Assembly: GCA_000432835.1 (NCBI GenBank)
Contig: FR890374.1
Location: 25,485-89,484 of the forward strand
Direction of reading: 5' to 3'
DNA: 64,000 bases
Origin: Clostridium sp. CAG:417
GTDB lineage: Bacteria; Bacillota_I; Bacilli_A; RF39; UBA660
The notes beneath the pieces were generated by a model. The model was not told the origin of the DNA. It saw nothing but the letters and a program-made list of their open reading frames with translations, and did not search any database. Below are positions 56,604 through 64,000 of this stretch, in pieces; the first letter of the stretch is position 1, and the number at the start of each line of letters is the position of its first letter. The position numbers were made by a program, and so were the translations under genes.

Positions 56604-57143
56604 ATGGAGAAAACAAAGAAAGTATTTTTAATAGCGGCTATAACACTAGTTATAGATCAGGTTTTAAAATTAGTTGTAAAATGCAATATTTTGATGTCAT
56701 CGACAGTTACAATTATTCCACACTTCTTTTCTTTAACTTATGTTGAAAATGAAGGAGCAGCATGGTCTATTCTAGAAGGAAAAAGCGTATTTTTGGTGAT
56801 TATAAGTTTTTTATTTCTATTATTTATATTTAGATGTTTAAAAACTGATAAGCGTAAAACCAAAATAAATGTATTAGCGTATGGACTGATGATTGGTGGA
56901 ATTATTGGAAATATGTTAGATAGAATATTTTATCAAAAAGTAATAGATTTTTTATCATTTAAGATTTTTCATTACTATTTTCCAATATTTAATTGTGCTG
57001 ATATGGCTATTGTAATAGGAATGTTTTTATTTATTATAGATGTTATACTAGAAGGTAATGAAAAGACAATTATGGATGAACAATATGAAAAAATTAGGGA
57101 GATAAGTAATGGAAAAAATAGTAGTAGAAGAAGAAAACATTAG
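56604..57143 (+). CDS. lspA: Lipoprotein signal peptidase II
   Basis: NEGAAWSIL and FNCADMAIVIG motifs; 4 TM. Confidence 0.85.
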   Translation: MEKTKKVFLIAAITLVIDQVLKLVVKCNILMSSTVTIIPHFFSLTYVENEGAAWSILEGKSVFLVIISFLFLLFIFRCLKTDKRKTKINVLAYGLMIGGIIGNMLDRIFYQKVIDFLSFKIFHYYFPIFNCADMAIVIGMFLFIIDVILEGNEKTIMDEQYEKIREISNGKNSSRRRKH

Positions 57144-57993
57144 ACTTGATCAATATATTAGTAATATACTAGATATTTCGCGTAGTAAGATACAGAAATT
57201 AATTAAGCAAGATAAAATATTGGTTAATAATAAAGTAGAAAAGGGAAGTTATCTTGTTAAGATAGGTGATGAACTAACAATTAATGATTTATTAGATTTC
57301 TCAATTAAAGTACAGGCAAAGGATATTAAGCTTGATATTTTATATGAAGATCAGTATTTAATGATTATTAATAAAAAGAGTGGAATGGTTGTTCATCCTG
57401 CTCCAGGACATTATGATGATACATTAGTAAACGCTTTGTTATATCATTTGCATATTGATGAAGCTAGTGATATTAGAGTAGGAATAGTACATAGATTAGA
57501 CAAGGATACCAGTGGTGTAATGATGGTCGCGAAAGACGATAGAATTTTGGAAAAATTATCTTTGATGATAAAAAATAAGGAAGTAAAAAGACATTATTTA
57601 GCTTTGGTTGACGGAGTTATTGGACCAGATAGTGGGACAATAGATGCTCCTATCGGTAGAGATGTAAATTATAGAGAGAAAATGAGTGTTACAGATATTA
57701 ATGGAAAAGAGGCTATTACGCATTTTCAAGTTATCAAAAGATATGCCGCTAATACATTGGTAGAGTGTGTTTTAGGAACAGGAAGAACACATCAAATACG
57801 TGTGCATATGGCCTACATTAATCATCCAATTACTAATGATCCAGTATATAATAAAAAGAAGGCAACAGAATTTGGCCAAATGTTACATTCTAAGAGTATA
57901 GAATTTATTCATCCTGTAACGGGAGAAAAAATTTATTATGAAGTGGAACCACCAAAAGAGTTTATGGAAATATTAAATAGTTTAGAAGATTAA
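57109..57993 (+). CDS. rluD: RluD-type 23S rRNA pseudouridine synthase (S4 domain + catalytic domain)
   Basis: S4 domain (RLDQYIS...SRSKIQKLIK), HRLDKDTSGVMMVAKD, RTHQIRVHMA. The lspA-rluD pairing is conserved. Confidence 0.85.
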   Translation: MEKIVVEEENIRLDQYISNILDISRSKIQKLIKQDKILVNNKVEKGSYLVKIGDELTINDLLDFSIKVQAKDIKLDILYEDQYLMIINKKSGMVVHPAPGHYDDTLVNALLYHLHIDEASDIRVGIVHRLDKDTSGVMMVAKDDRILEKLSLMIKNKEVKRHYLALVDGVIGPDSGTIDAPIGRDVNYREKMSVTDINGKEAITHFQVIKRYAANTLVECVLGTGRTHQIRVHMAYINHPITNDPVYNKKKATEFGQMLHSKSIEFIHPVTGEKIYYEVEPPKEFMEILNSLED

Positions 57994-58058
57994 TATTTTC
58001 CTTTTTTTTATTAGAAAATTAAGTTATAATATTAATAGTTTTAGAAGGGAGTAGTTTT

Positions 58059-59213
58059 ATGGAAGAAATTGCTGAAGAACAACTTTTGGATAGTAAAAAT
58101 ATGTTAGTTATGAAACTATTACATTATTTTATAATAGATAAAAATTATAACCCTATTATTTTACAGGGAGCAGAAAATGAAATTTGGTTGGAAAATTTAG
58201 ATGAGGATTATAGAATTGTAAGAATTGTTACGGGAACTATTTTAAATGAAGAACAGTTTGGATTTGATATATTTAAGACAAAAAGAATTATGAAAAAAAT
58301 TCGAAATAAAACTTTTTCTTTTAATCTTAAAACTTTAAGTATTTTTCTTGATTTAGGAGATAGGGTAAAATTAGATTCCCCTAAGGGTATTACGTGTGTT
58401 TCGGCACCTAATGAAGAGGATTTACAAAAAAATGTTGCTATAAAAGAGTCTTTTCCTGATATGAAGGATAAGTTAAAGTATAGTGAAGATGGTATGCAGT
58501 TATTTGTTAAAATTACTAATGATATTAATGAACATAATTTAGAAGATAGTGAGAAAGTTGAGAAAGTGTTTAAGCCAAAATATCCGATGATTACTTATAT
58601 TTTGATTGCTTTAAATGTGGCGATGTTTTTCTTTCCACTTATCTTTAATAAACAAGATTATTTCCTAAATAAATTTTGTGTATATGCTCCCTATATTAGA
58701 AATGGAGAGTATTATCGATTATTAACAGGAACATTTTTACATGCCAATATAATCCACTTACTTTGTAATATGTATGCTCTTTATATACTTGGAAGTCAGT
58801 TAGAAAGTTTTATTGGTAAAATTAAGTTTTTATGTGTTTACTTATTTAGTGCTTTAACCGGATCACTATTATCAATGGTATTTTTAGGTAATGGTGTAAG
58901 TATTGGTGCTAGTGGAGCAATATTTGGTGTAATGGGCGCTATTGTATATTTTGGATATCACTATAGAGTATATTTGGGAAATGTTGTAAGAACGAATCTT
59001 ATTCCTATAATAATCTTAAACTTAGCTTTAGGATTCCTAGTAAATGGAATAGATAATTGGGCACATATAGGTGGACTTATTGGAGGATTTTTAATTAATA
59101 TTGGATTAGGGGTAAAATATAAGAGTAGTACTTTTGAAAAAGTTAATGGTTATATTATTTCCTTGATTTACGTTTCCTTCCTAATCTTTATGGCTTTTAT
59201 TTATGTTAAGTAA
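58059..59213 (+). CDS. Rhomboid-family intramembrane serine protease with N-terminal cytoplasmic domain
   Basis: The C-terminal 6-TM core has GASGAIFGVMGA (GxSG) and AHIGGLIGG (catalytic His). Confidence 0.8.
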   Translation: MEEIAEEQLLDSKNMLVMKLLHYFIIDKNYNPIILQGAENEIWLENLDEDYRIVRIVTGTILNEEQFGFDIFKTKRIMKKIRNKTFSFNLKTLSIFLDLGDRVKLDSPKGITCVSAPNEEDLQKNVAIKESFPDMKDKLKYSEDGMQLFVKITNDINEHNLEDSEKVEKVFKPKYPMITYILIALNVAMFFFPLIFNKQDYFLNKFCVYAPYIRNGEYYRLLTGTFLHANIIHLLCNMYALYILGSQLESFIGKIKFLCVYLFSALTGSLLSMVFLGNGVSIGASGAIFGVMGAIVYFGYHYRVYLGNVVRTNLIPIIILNLALGFLVNGIDNWAHIGGLIGGFLINIGLGVKYKSSTFEKVNGYIISLIYVSFLIFMAFIYVK

Positions 59214-59392
59214 TTATAAAAAGTCTCGTTGTTTGGATATAATAACGGGATTTTTATTTTTATAACTCGATTAAAATTATTTACTAGTAAAGTAAAAAGT
59301 GTTAAAATATAAGCCAAATTTTATTCTTAGTGTTATATTGGTATTATATTAGGTGACACATGTAACTGTTTTTAATAGGTGGGTTTGGCATA

Positions 59393-60436
59393 ATGGAGGA
59401 AAATATGAATACAAGTGAAATATTTTTAAATATTGATAATTTGCCGGGAATTTTAAATAAATCTCAATTATATGAATTATTAGAAAAAGCAAAGGCTAAT
59501 GATAAAACTGCAATCAAAACAATAGTTGAACATAATATTAGACTGGTTTTGTATGAGGTAACAAATAGATTTAAGTCGGTTGAATATGATAGAAAAGATT
59601 TGGTTTCTGTTGGAAATGTTGGCTTGATGAAGGCAATATTAACATTTGATAGATCAAGAAATGTAGAATTTGCAACTTATGCAATTAGATGCATCGATAA
59701 TGAAATATTGATATTCTTAAGAGATGTAGCGAAAAATCAAAATGTTGATAGTTTAGAACGGGCAATTAAACAAGATAAAGAAGGCAATGAATTAAAAATT
59801 GAAGATACAATAAGTGATGAAACTGATATAGTTGATGAATATGAGAAAGATATAACCTGTAAAATTATACGAGAAATTATAAAAGAATTACCTGATCGAG
59901 ATAGAAAAATAATTATGCTTTATTTTGGATTTTATAATAAAAATTATACGCAGAAAGAAATAGCTCATATAATGTTAATTTCACAGGAATATGTTTCAAA
60001 ATTAATAAGGAAAAATTTGAAAAAAATAGAAGAACAGTTGGTTAAAAAAGATATTATAGTTATAAATTCAATGGGAGAATCTAGAAAGAAAAATACATCA
60101 AGAAAAGTAAAATCAATTTATACTATTTTTAATAATTATACTAAAAAACAAGTAAATTTAGTATTGGAGAGTTTGACAGAAGAAGAAAAGTTATTAGTGA
60201 AACTAAGATATGGCAAGGATTTAGATAATCCTGTATCAGTAAAATTGAGTATGGAACAACTTTATACATTCTATAACTCTTTAATTCCTAAAATGAGAAG
60301 GCTTTTACTTAAACTAGATAAAGGAATACACTTATTAAGTGTGCCTTCAGAAAATTCTCAAAAATATTATTGCTCTATGCAAGTATCTAAGGAAAATTTT
60401 GATACACCCAGGCTACTTAAAAAAATCAGTAAATAA
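59393..60436 (+). CDS. Sigma-70 family (group 3, sporulation-sigma-like) factor with about 130-aa C-terminal extension containing a second region-4-like module
   Basis: Region 2 (DLVSVGNVGLMKAILTFD...FATYAIRCIDNEIL) and region 4 (LPDRDRKIIMLYFGFYNKNYTQKEIAHIMLISQEYVSKLIRKNLKKI) lie within the first 215 aa or so. The extension then carries LTEEEKLLVKLRYGKDLDNPVSVKLSMEQL, which also resembles a region-4 helix-turn-helix. Confidence 0.7.
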   Translation: MEENMNTSEIFLNIDNLPGILNKSQLYELLEKAKANDKTAIKTIVEHNIRLVLYEVTNRFKSVEYDRKDLVSVGNVGLMKAILTFDRSRNVEFATYAIRCIDNEILIFLRDVAKNQNVDSLERAIKQDKEGNELKIEDTISDETDIVDEYEKDITCKIIREIIKELPDRDRKIIMLYFGFYNKNYTQKEIAHIMLISQEYVSKLIRKNLKKIEEQLVKKDIIVINSMGESRKKNTSRKVKSIYTIFNNYTKKQVNLVLESLTEEEKLLVKLRYGKDLDNPVSVKLSMEQLYTFYNSLIPKMRRLLLKLDKGIHLLSVPSENSQKYYCSMQVSKENFDTPRLLKKISK

Positions 60437-60529
60437 TATAATGTACTTCTGACTGTTTTCTTCTTAGTGTTGCTTATTATGTAGAAAAATGCTAAAATAA
60501 AATTAATAATAAAAATGTGAGGTGATATT

Positions 60530-60781
60530 ATGAGTATTGATGAAACAAGTGTTTTTCATGTTGAGGAGTCTAACACAGCAAGAATTAGAAAGACTTTAAA
60601 AGAAGTATATGATGCCTTAGAAGAAAGAGGTTATAATCCAGTTAACCAAATAGTGGGATATTTAACTAGTGGGGACTTAGGATATATTTCTAACCATAAG
60701 AATGCTCGTAATAAAATGAAAGAATTTGATCGTTGTGAGGTAGTAGAAGTTTTACTTAAGGAGTTTCAAAGGAATAGTTAA
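60530..60781 (+). CDS. ireB: IreB family regulatory phosphoprotein (UPF0297/DUF965)
   Basis: TLKEVYDALEERGYNPVNQIVGYLTSGDLGYISNH is the conserved family core. Confidence 0.85.
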   Translation: MSIDETSVFHVEESNTARIRKTLKEVYDALEERGYNPVNQIVGYLTSGDLGYISNHKNARNKMKEFDRCEVVEVLLKEFQRNS

Positions 60782-61209
60782 TGCGTTATTTAGGACTAGA
60801 TCTTGGTAGTAGAACACTTGGGTGTGCGTTATCCGATAAGGGTGGTATTTTTGCTCGAAGTTATACTATTATAAGACATAATGAAGAGTATGATAGATTA
60901 ATTAAGGATGTTTATGACATTGTTACTTTGGAAAAAGTAGAGGCAATTGTCTTGGGATATCCTAAAAATATGAATAATACAGTTGGGCCTAAAGGGGAAC
61001 TTAGTCTTTCATTTAAGAAAAAATTAGAAGAGGAAATAGGATTACCAGTTTTTTTACAAGATGAAAGACTTACTACAAAGCAAGCACAAGATATTTTAAT
61101 TTCAAATGATACTTCACGTAAAAAAAGAAAAAAAGTAATAGATAGTATGGCAGCAGTAATTATATTACAAAGTTACTTAGATAAGGAGAATAGTAAACAT
61201 GGAAAATAA
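60781..61209 (+). CDS. ruvX: Putative pre-16S rRNA nuclease / Holliday junction resolvase-like YqgF
   Basis: MRYLGLDLGSRTLGCALSD N-terminus; 142 aa. Confidence 0.85.
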   Translation: MRYLGLDLGSRTLGCALSDKGGIFARSYTIIRHNEEYDRLIKDVYDIVTLEKVEAIVLGYPKNMNNTVGPKGELSLSFKKKLEEEIGLPVFLQDERLTTKQAQDILISNDTSRKKRKKVIDSMAAVIILQSYLDKENSKHGK

Positions 61210-61498
61210 TTCATTTACAATGCTAAATGAGGCAGGAGAAGAAGTAAAATACGATGTATTATTTACTTTTGATAATGAGGAGACAAATAAAAGTTATATA
61301 GCTTATACGGATAATACATATGATGATGATGGTAATATTTCGGTATATGCATCTACATATGATCCTAACAGTAGTGAGGTTATTCTTGGAAAAATAGAAA
61401 CAGAAAATGAATGGAAGGTAGTAGAGACTATTCTTAATACTATTCAACAAGAAGTAAGACAAGCTGATAATATAGAAAATAGTAACGAGCAAGAGTAA
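61199..61498 (+). CDS. DUF1292 family protein (YrzB-like)
   Basis: FTMLNEAGEEVKYDVLFTFDNEETNKSYIAYTD; conserved position after ruvX. Confidence 0.75.
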   Translation: MENNSFTMLNEAGEEVKYDVLFTFDNEETNKSYIAYTDNTYDDDGNISVYASTYDPNSSEVILGKIETENEWKVVETILNTIQQEVRQADNIENSNEQE

Positions 61499-61528
61499 GC
61501 TCGTTATTTGTTACGGAGGGATTCAAAA

Positions 61529-62590
61529 TTGAAACTGAAGAAAAAGGTTAAGGTTACTGTGATATTATTAATTGTAGTGGGAATTATTTTAATTGGTTCT
61601 AGTCTTTTATATACTTATTATGTTTCACCAGTTGATAAGAAATCTCAGGCTGATATAGAATTAGTTATAGAACCTGGAATGTCTACTAAACAAATAGGGG
61701 AGTTATTAGAAAAAAGAGGTTTAATTAAAAGTTCTAAGTTTTTTCTTGTTTATACAAAAATAAATAATTGTGCGTCTTTAAAAGCTTCTACTTATGATTT
61801 AAAAAAGAGTATGAATATGGGAGAAATAGTTAAAAATATTTGCTCTGGAAATAGTTATAATAGTAATGTTATAAGAATTACTTTTAAAGAGGGAAAAAGA
61901 ATTACAGATTATGCTAAAGTTATTAGTGAAAAATTAAATGTTAACTATGAAGAAGTTATTAATATCATGAATGATACTAATTATCTTAAAAGTTTACAAC
62001 AAGATTATTGGTTTTTGACTAATGATATATTTGATTCTAGAATTTATTATCCTCTAGAAGGGTATTTAGCTCCTGATACTTATGAATTCAGTAAAGATTC
62101 AAGTGTTAAAGAGATTATTCAAGTTATGTTAGATCAAACTGCTAAAAATTTGAGTAGTTATAGATCTTTGAATAATATTCATAAATATATTACTTTAGCT
62201 TCTATGGCTGAACTTGAAGGCGTTAATACAAAAGATAGAAAAATGATAGTTGGGGTGTTTAATAATCGATTAGCGGCTAATATGAATTTGGGTAGTGATG
62301 TTACTACTTACTATGCTTTTCAAAAAACTATGACTGGAGATTTAACAGCGAAAGAATTTGCGACAAGTAATCCTTATAATACAAGAGCAAGTGATATGGC
62401 AGGAAAATTACCTGTTGGTCCAATTTGTAGTGTTTCTAAATCTAGTATAGATGCATCAATTAATCCAACAGCTAACGACTATTATTATTTTGTTGCTGAT
62501 AAGAATGGAAAAATATATTATAATAAAACTAGTAGTGGACATTTACAAACAATAAAGGAAATCAAAGAGGCGGGTAATTGGATATGGTAG
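61529..62590 (+). CDS. mltG: Endolytic murein transglycosylase MltG (YceG-like)
   Basis: TTG start follows GGAGGG. TM anchor, then the YceG domain (LEGYLAPDTYEF, LASMAELEGV, catalytic Glu). Confidence 0.8.
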   Translation: MKLKKKVKVTVILLIVVGIILIGSSLLYTYYVSPVDKKSQADIELVIEPGMSTKQIGELLEKRGLIKSSKFFLVYTKINNCASLKASTYDLKKSMNMGEIVKNICSGNSYNSNVIRITFKEGKRITDYAKVISEKLNVNYEEVINIMNDTNYLKSLQQDYWFLTNDIFDSRIYYPLEGYLAPDTYEFSKDSSVKEIIQVMLDQTAKNLSSYRSLNNIHKYITLASMAELEGVNTKDRKMIVGVFNNRLAANMNLGSDVTTYYAFQKTMTGDLTAKEFATSNPYNTRASDMAGKLPVGPICSVSKSSIDASINPTANDYYYFVADKNGKIYYNKTSSGHLQTIKEIKEAGNWIW

Positions 62591-63180
62591 ACGAAAATAA
62601 AGTATTACTTAAAGAAATAGAAAAATACGCAAAAGAAAATAAAGTACCTATTATGCAAAAAGATGGGATAAAGTTTTTAACTAATTATGTACAAGAACAA
62701 GGCGTAAAAAGCATATTAGAAGTTGGTACAGCTATTGGTTATTCTGCTATTTGTATGGCTTTAGTAGATCCTAAAATAAAAATTACAACTATTGAAAGAG
62801 ATGAAGAAAGATATCTAGAAGCAATTAAAAATATAAAAAATTTTGGATTAGAAAACAGAATTACCCTTATTTTTAATGATGCTTTTAATGTTCAAATTGA
62901 TAAAAAGTTTGATTTAATATTTTTTGATGCCGCAAAGGCGCAAAATATTCATTTCTTTACATATTTTGAAAAAAATTTGGAAAAACATGGTACAATAATA
63001 ACTGATAATATATTTTTCCATGGTTATACCTATATGGATCCTGAAAAAATTGAAAGTAGAAATGTGAGAGGTATAGCTAGAAAAATAAGAGATTATGTTT
63101 CATTTTTAGAGGAAAATGATAGTTATGAGACAGTAATTAAAAAAATTGGTGATGGTATAGCTGTTACAAGGAGAAAGTAG
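62578..63180 (+). CDS. Class I SAM-dependent O-methyltransferase (YrrM/caffeoyl-CoA OMT-like)
   Basis: ILEVGTAIGYSAICMA is SAM motif I; LIFFDAAK; conserved position after mltG. Confidence 0.8.
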   Translation: MDMVDENKVLLKEIEKYAKENKVPIMQKDGIKFLTNYVQEQGVKSILEVGTAIGYSAICMALVDPKIKITTIERDEERYLEAIKNIKNFGLENRITLIFNDAFNVQIDKKFDLIFFDAAKAQNIHFFTYFEKNLEKHGTIITDNIFFHGYTYMDPEKIESRNVRGIARKIRDYVSFLEENDSYETVIKKIGDGIAVTRRK

Positions 63181-63183
63181 TGT

Positions 63184-63900
63184 ATGAAGATTGGAAAATT
63201 TGAAGTTAATAAAAAGTTATTTATAACCTTTGCTGTAGTTGTTGGTTTAACTATAATTTTACTTCTAGTAAGACACTTTGTTAATAATAGATATGAAAAA
63301 TATAAATTAGATAAAAATGAAGATTATATCTATGATTATGTAACTTATAGTGCTAGTGAAACTAGTATTCCTTATATTAACTTAAATACGGATTTTGCTA
63401 AAGTACTTAATGGTCAATTGGAAAAACTTTCTTCAAGTTATAAAAATTCTAATAGCTCTACTAATTCTTTAAGTTATCGTTTTAATGTTTCTGGTAATTA
63501 CTTATCATTGGTGTTAATATTTAAAAAAATGGATAGTAGTAATAGATTACAGTTTGATTTTAAGAGTTATGTTTTTGATTTAAGTGATGGTGCAAGAGCA
63601 CTTAGTGATACAGAAATACTTAACTTATTTAACATTGATAATAATTATGTAGAAAAGCAAATTAATAATAAATTTAAAAATAAATATTTAGATGAAGTAA
63701 AAAAAGATATTATATCTAGTTCAAAATGTGATTATAATAATTGTTATTTGAAGCTTAGGGAAGTTAGTGATTTATTAAGTGGCGTCAATTATTATATTGA
63801 AAATGATAGTTTAGTTGTATATAGATCTTTTCAAACATATTCTATATATGATGAACAGGATTATTTTACAAGAGCTGACTTTAGGTTTTTAATTAAATAG
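63184..63900 (+). CDS. Hypothetical membrane-anchored protein
   Basis: N-terminal TM, 238 aa, no recognised motif. Confidence 0.45.
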   Translation: MKIGKFEVNKKLFITFAVVVGLTIILLLVRHFVNNRYEKYKLDKNEDYIYDYVTYSASETSIPYINLNTDFAKVLNGQLEKLSSSYKNSNSSTNSLSYRFNVSGNYLSLVLIFKKMDSSNRLQFDFKSYVFDLSDGARALSDTEILNLFNIDNNYVEKQINNKFKNKYLDEVKKDIISSSKCDYNNCYLKLREVSDLLSGVNYYIENDSLVVYRSFQTYSIYDEQDYFTRADFRFLIK

Positions 63901-63912
63901 TGGGGTGAAGTT

Positions 63913-64000
63913 ATGTTTTATATTCTTAATACTTGTTCAGATTATGCTTTAAAGGAAGTTTTAGGAATTATTAGGAGGGTAATTAGTGTTACTGCAATAG
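63913..64000 (+). CDS. Hypothetical protein, 3'-truncated at window edge
   Basis: ATG at 63913 (MFYILNTCSDYALKEVLGIIRRVISVTAI...) with the frame still open at the window end. Confidence 0.35.
   Translation, partial: MFYILNTCSDYALKEVLGIIRRVISVTAI

Noticed and set aside
59220-59392. Possible regulatory RNA/riboswitch in the 180-bp gap upstream of the extended sigma gene
   Set aside because: I could identify only short weak hairpins (CGTT/AACG) and no recognisable riboswitch consensus. It is probably just a promoter region.
61259-61492. 77-aa antisense ORF inside the DUF1292 gene
   Set aside because: Antisense to a conserved small gene. Ile/Cys-rich nonsense product.
1-64000. CRISPR arrays, rRNA genes, IS elements/transposases, integrases, prophage structural genes
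   Set aside because: Scanning found no regularly spaced short direct repeats. No rRNA-like conserved stretches were seen. No ORF carried DDE, serine- or tyrosine-recombinase motifs. The only mobile-element signature is the repeat-flanked tRNA-Leu islet, which lacks a recombinase.

Overview
This window is a low-GC (roughly 28-30% by eye) chromosomal segment from a Gram-positive, apparently spore-forming Firmicute; the gene order resembles Erysipelotrichia and Clostridia. No tools were run, so every call rests on reading the six-frame track for motifs and on synteny. The window is densely coded and almost entirely on the + strand. In order, it holds: the 3' end of a pyrimidine-nucleoside phosphorylase gene; a sortase paired with a surface protein carrying a VPDTG anchoring signal; two tandem VanY-like D,D-carboxypeptidases, a VanW protein and an orphan hybrid histidine kinase; a glycopolymer cluster of about 16 kb exported by an ABC transporter (many glycosyltransferases, a Wzm/Wzt-like pair, a Glf-like mutase, an acyltransferase-3 plus SGNH pair); a sporulation locus with Bacillus-like synteny (dacF-like, spoIIAA, sigF, spoVAC/AD/AEb) but with no spoIIAB gene and a two-gene insertion; scpAB; tRNA-Leu(CAA); an accessory islet of about 2.5 kb flanked by imperfect direct repeats and carrying nucleoside-processing genes; rRNA and tRNA modification enzymes; spoVS; serS behind a T-box leader; gatCAB; a sensor with a degenerate GGDEF domain; ltaS; an LCP protein; dnaE; lspA-rluD; a rhomboid protease; an unusual sigma factor with a C-terminal extension; and the conserved ireB-ruvX-DUF1292-mltG-O-methyltransferase block. 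I saw no CRISPR array, rRNA gene, transposase or integrase. The best candidates for something undescribed are the repeat-flanked nucleoside-processing islet next to tRNA-Leu, the sigF locus lacking an anti-sigma kinase, and the extended sigma factor.
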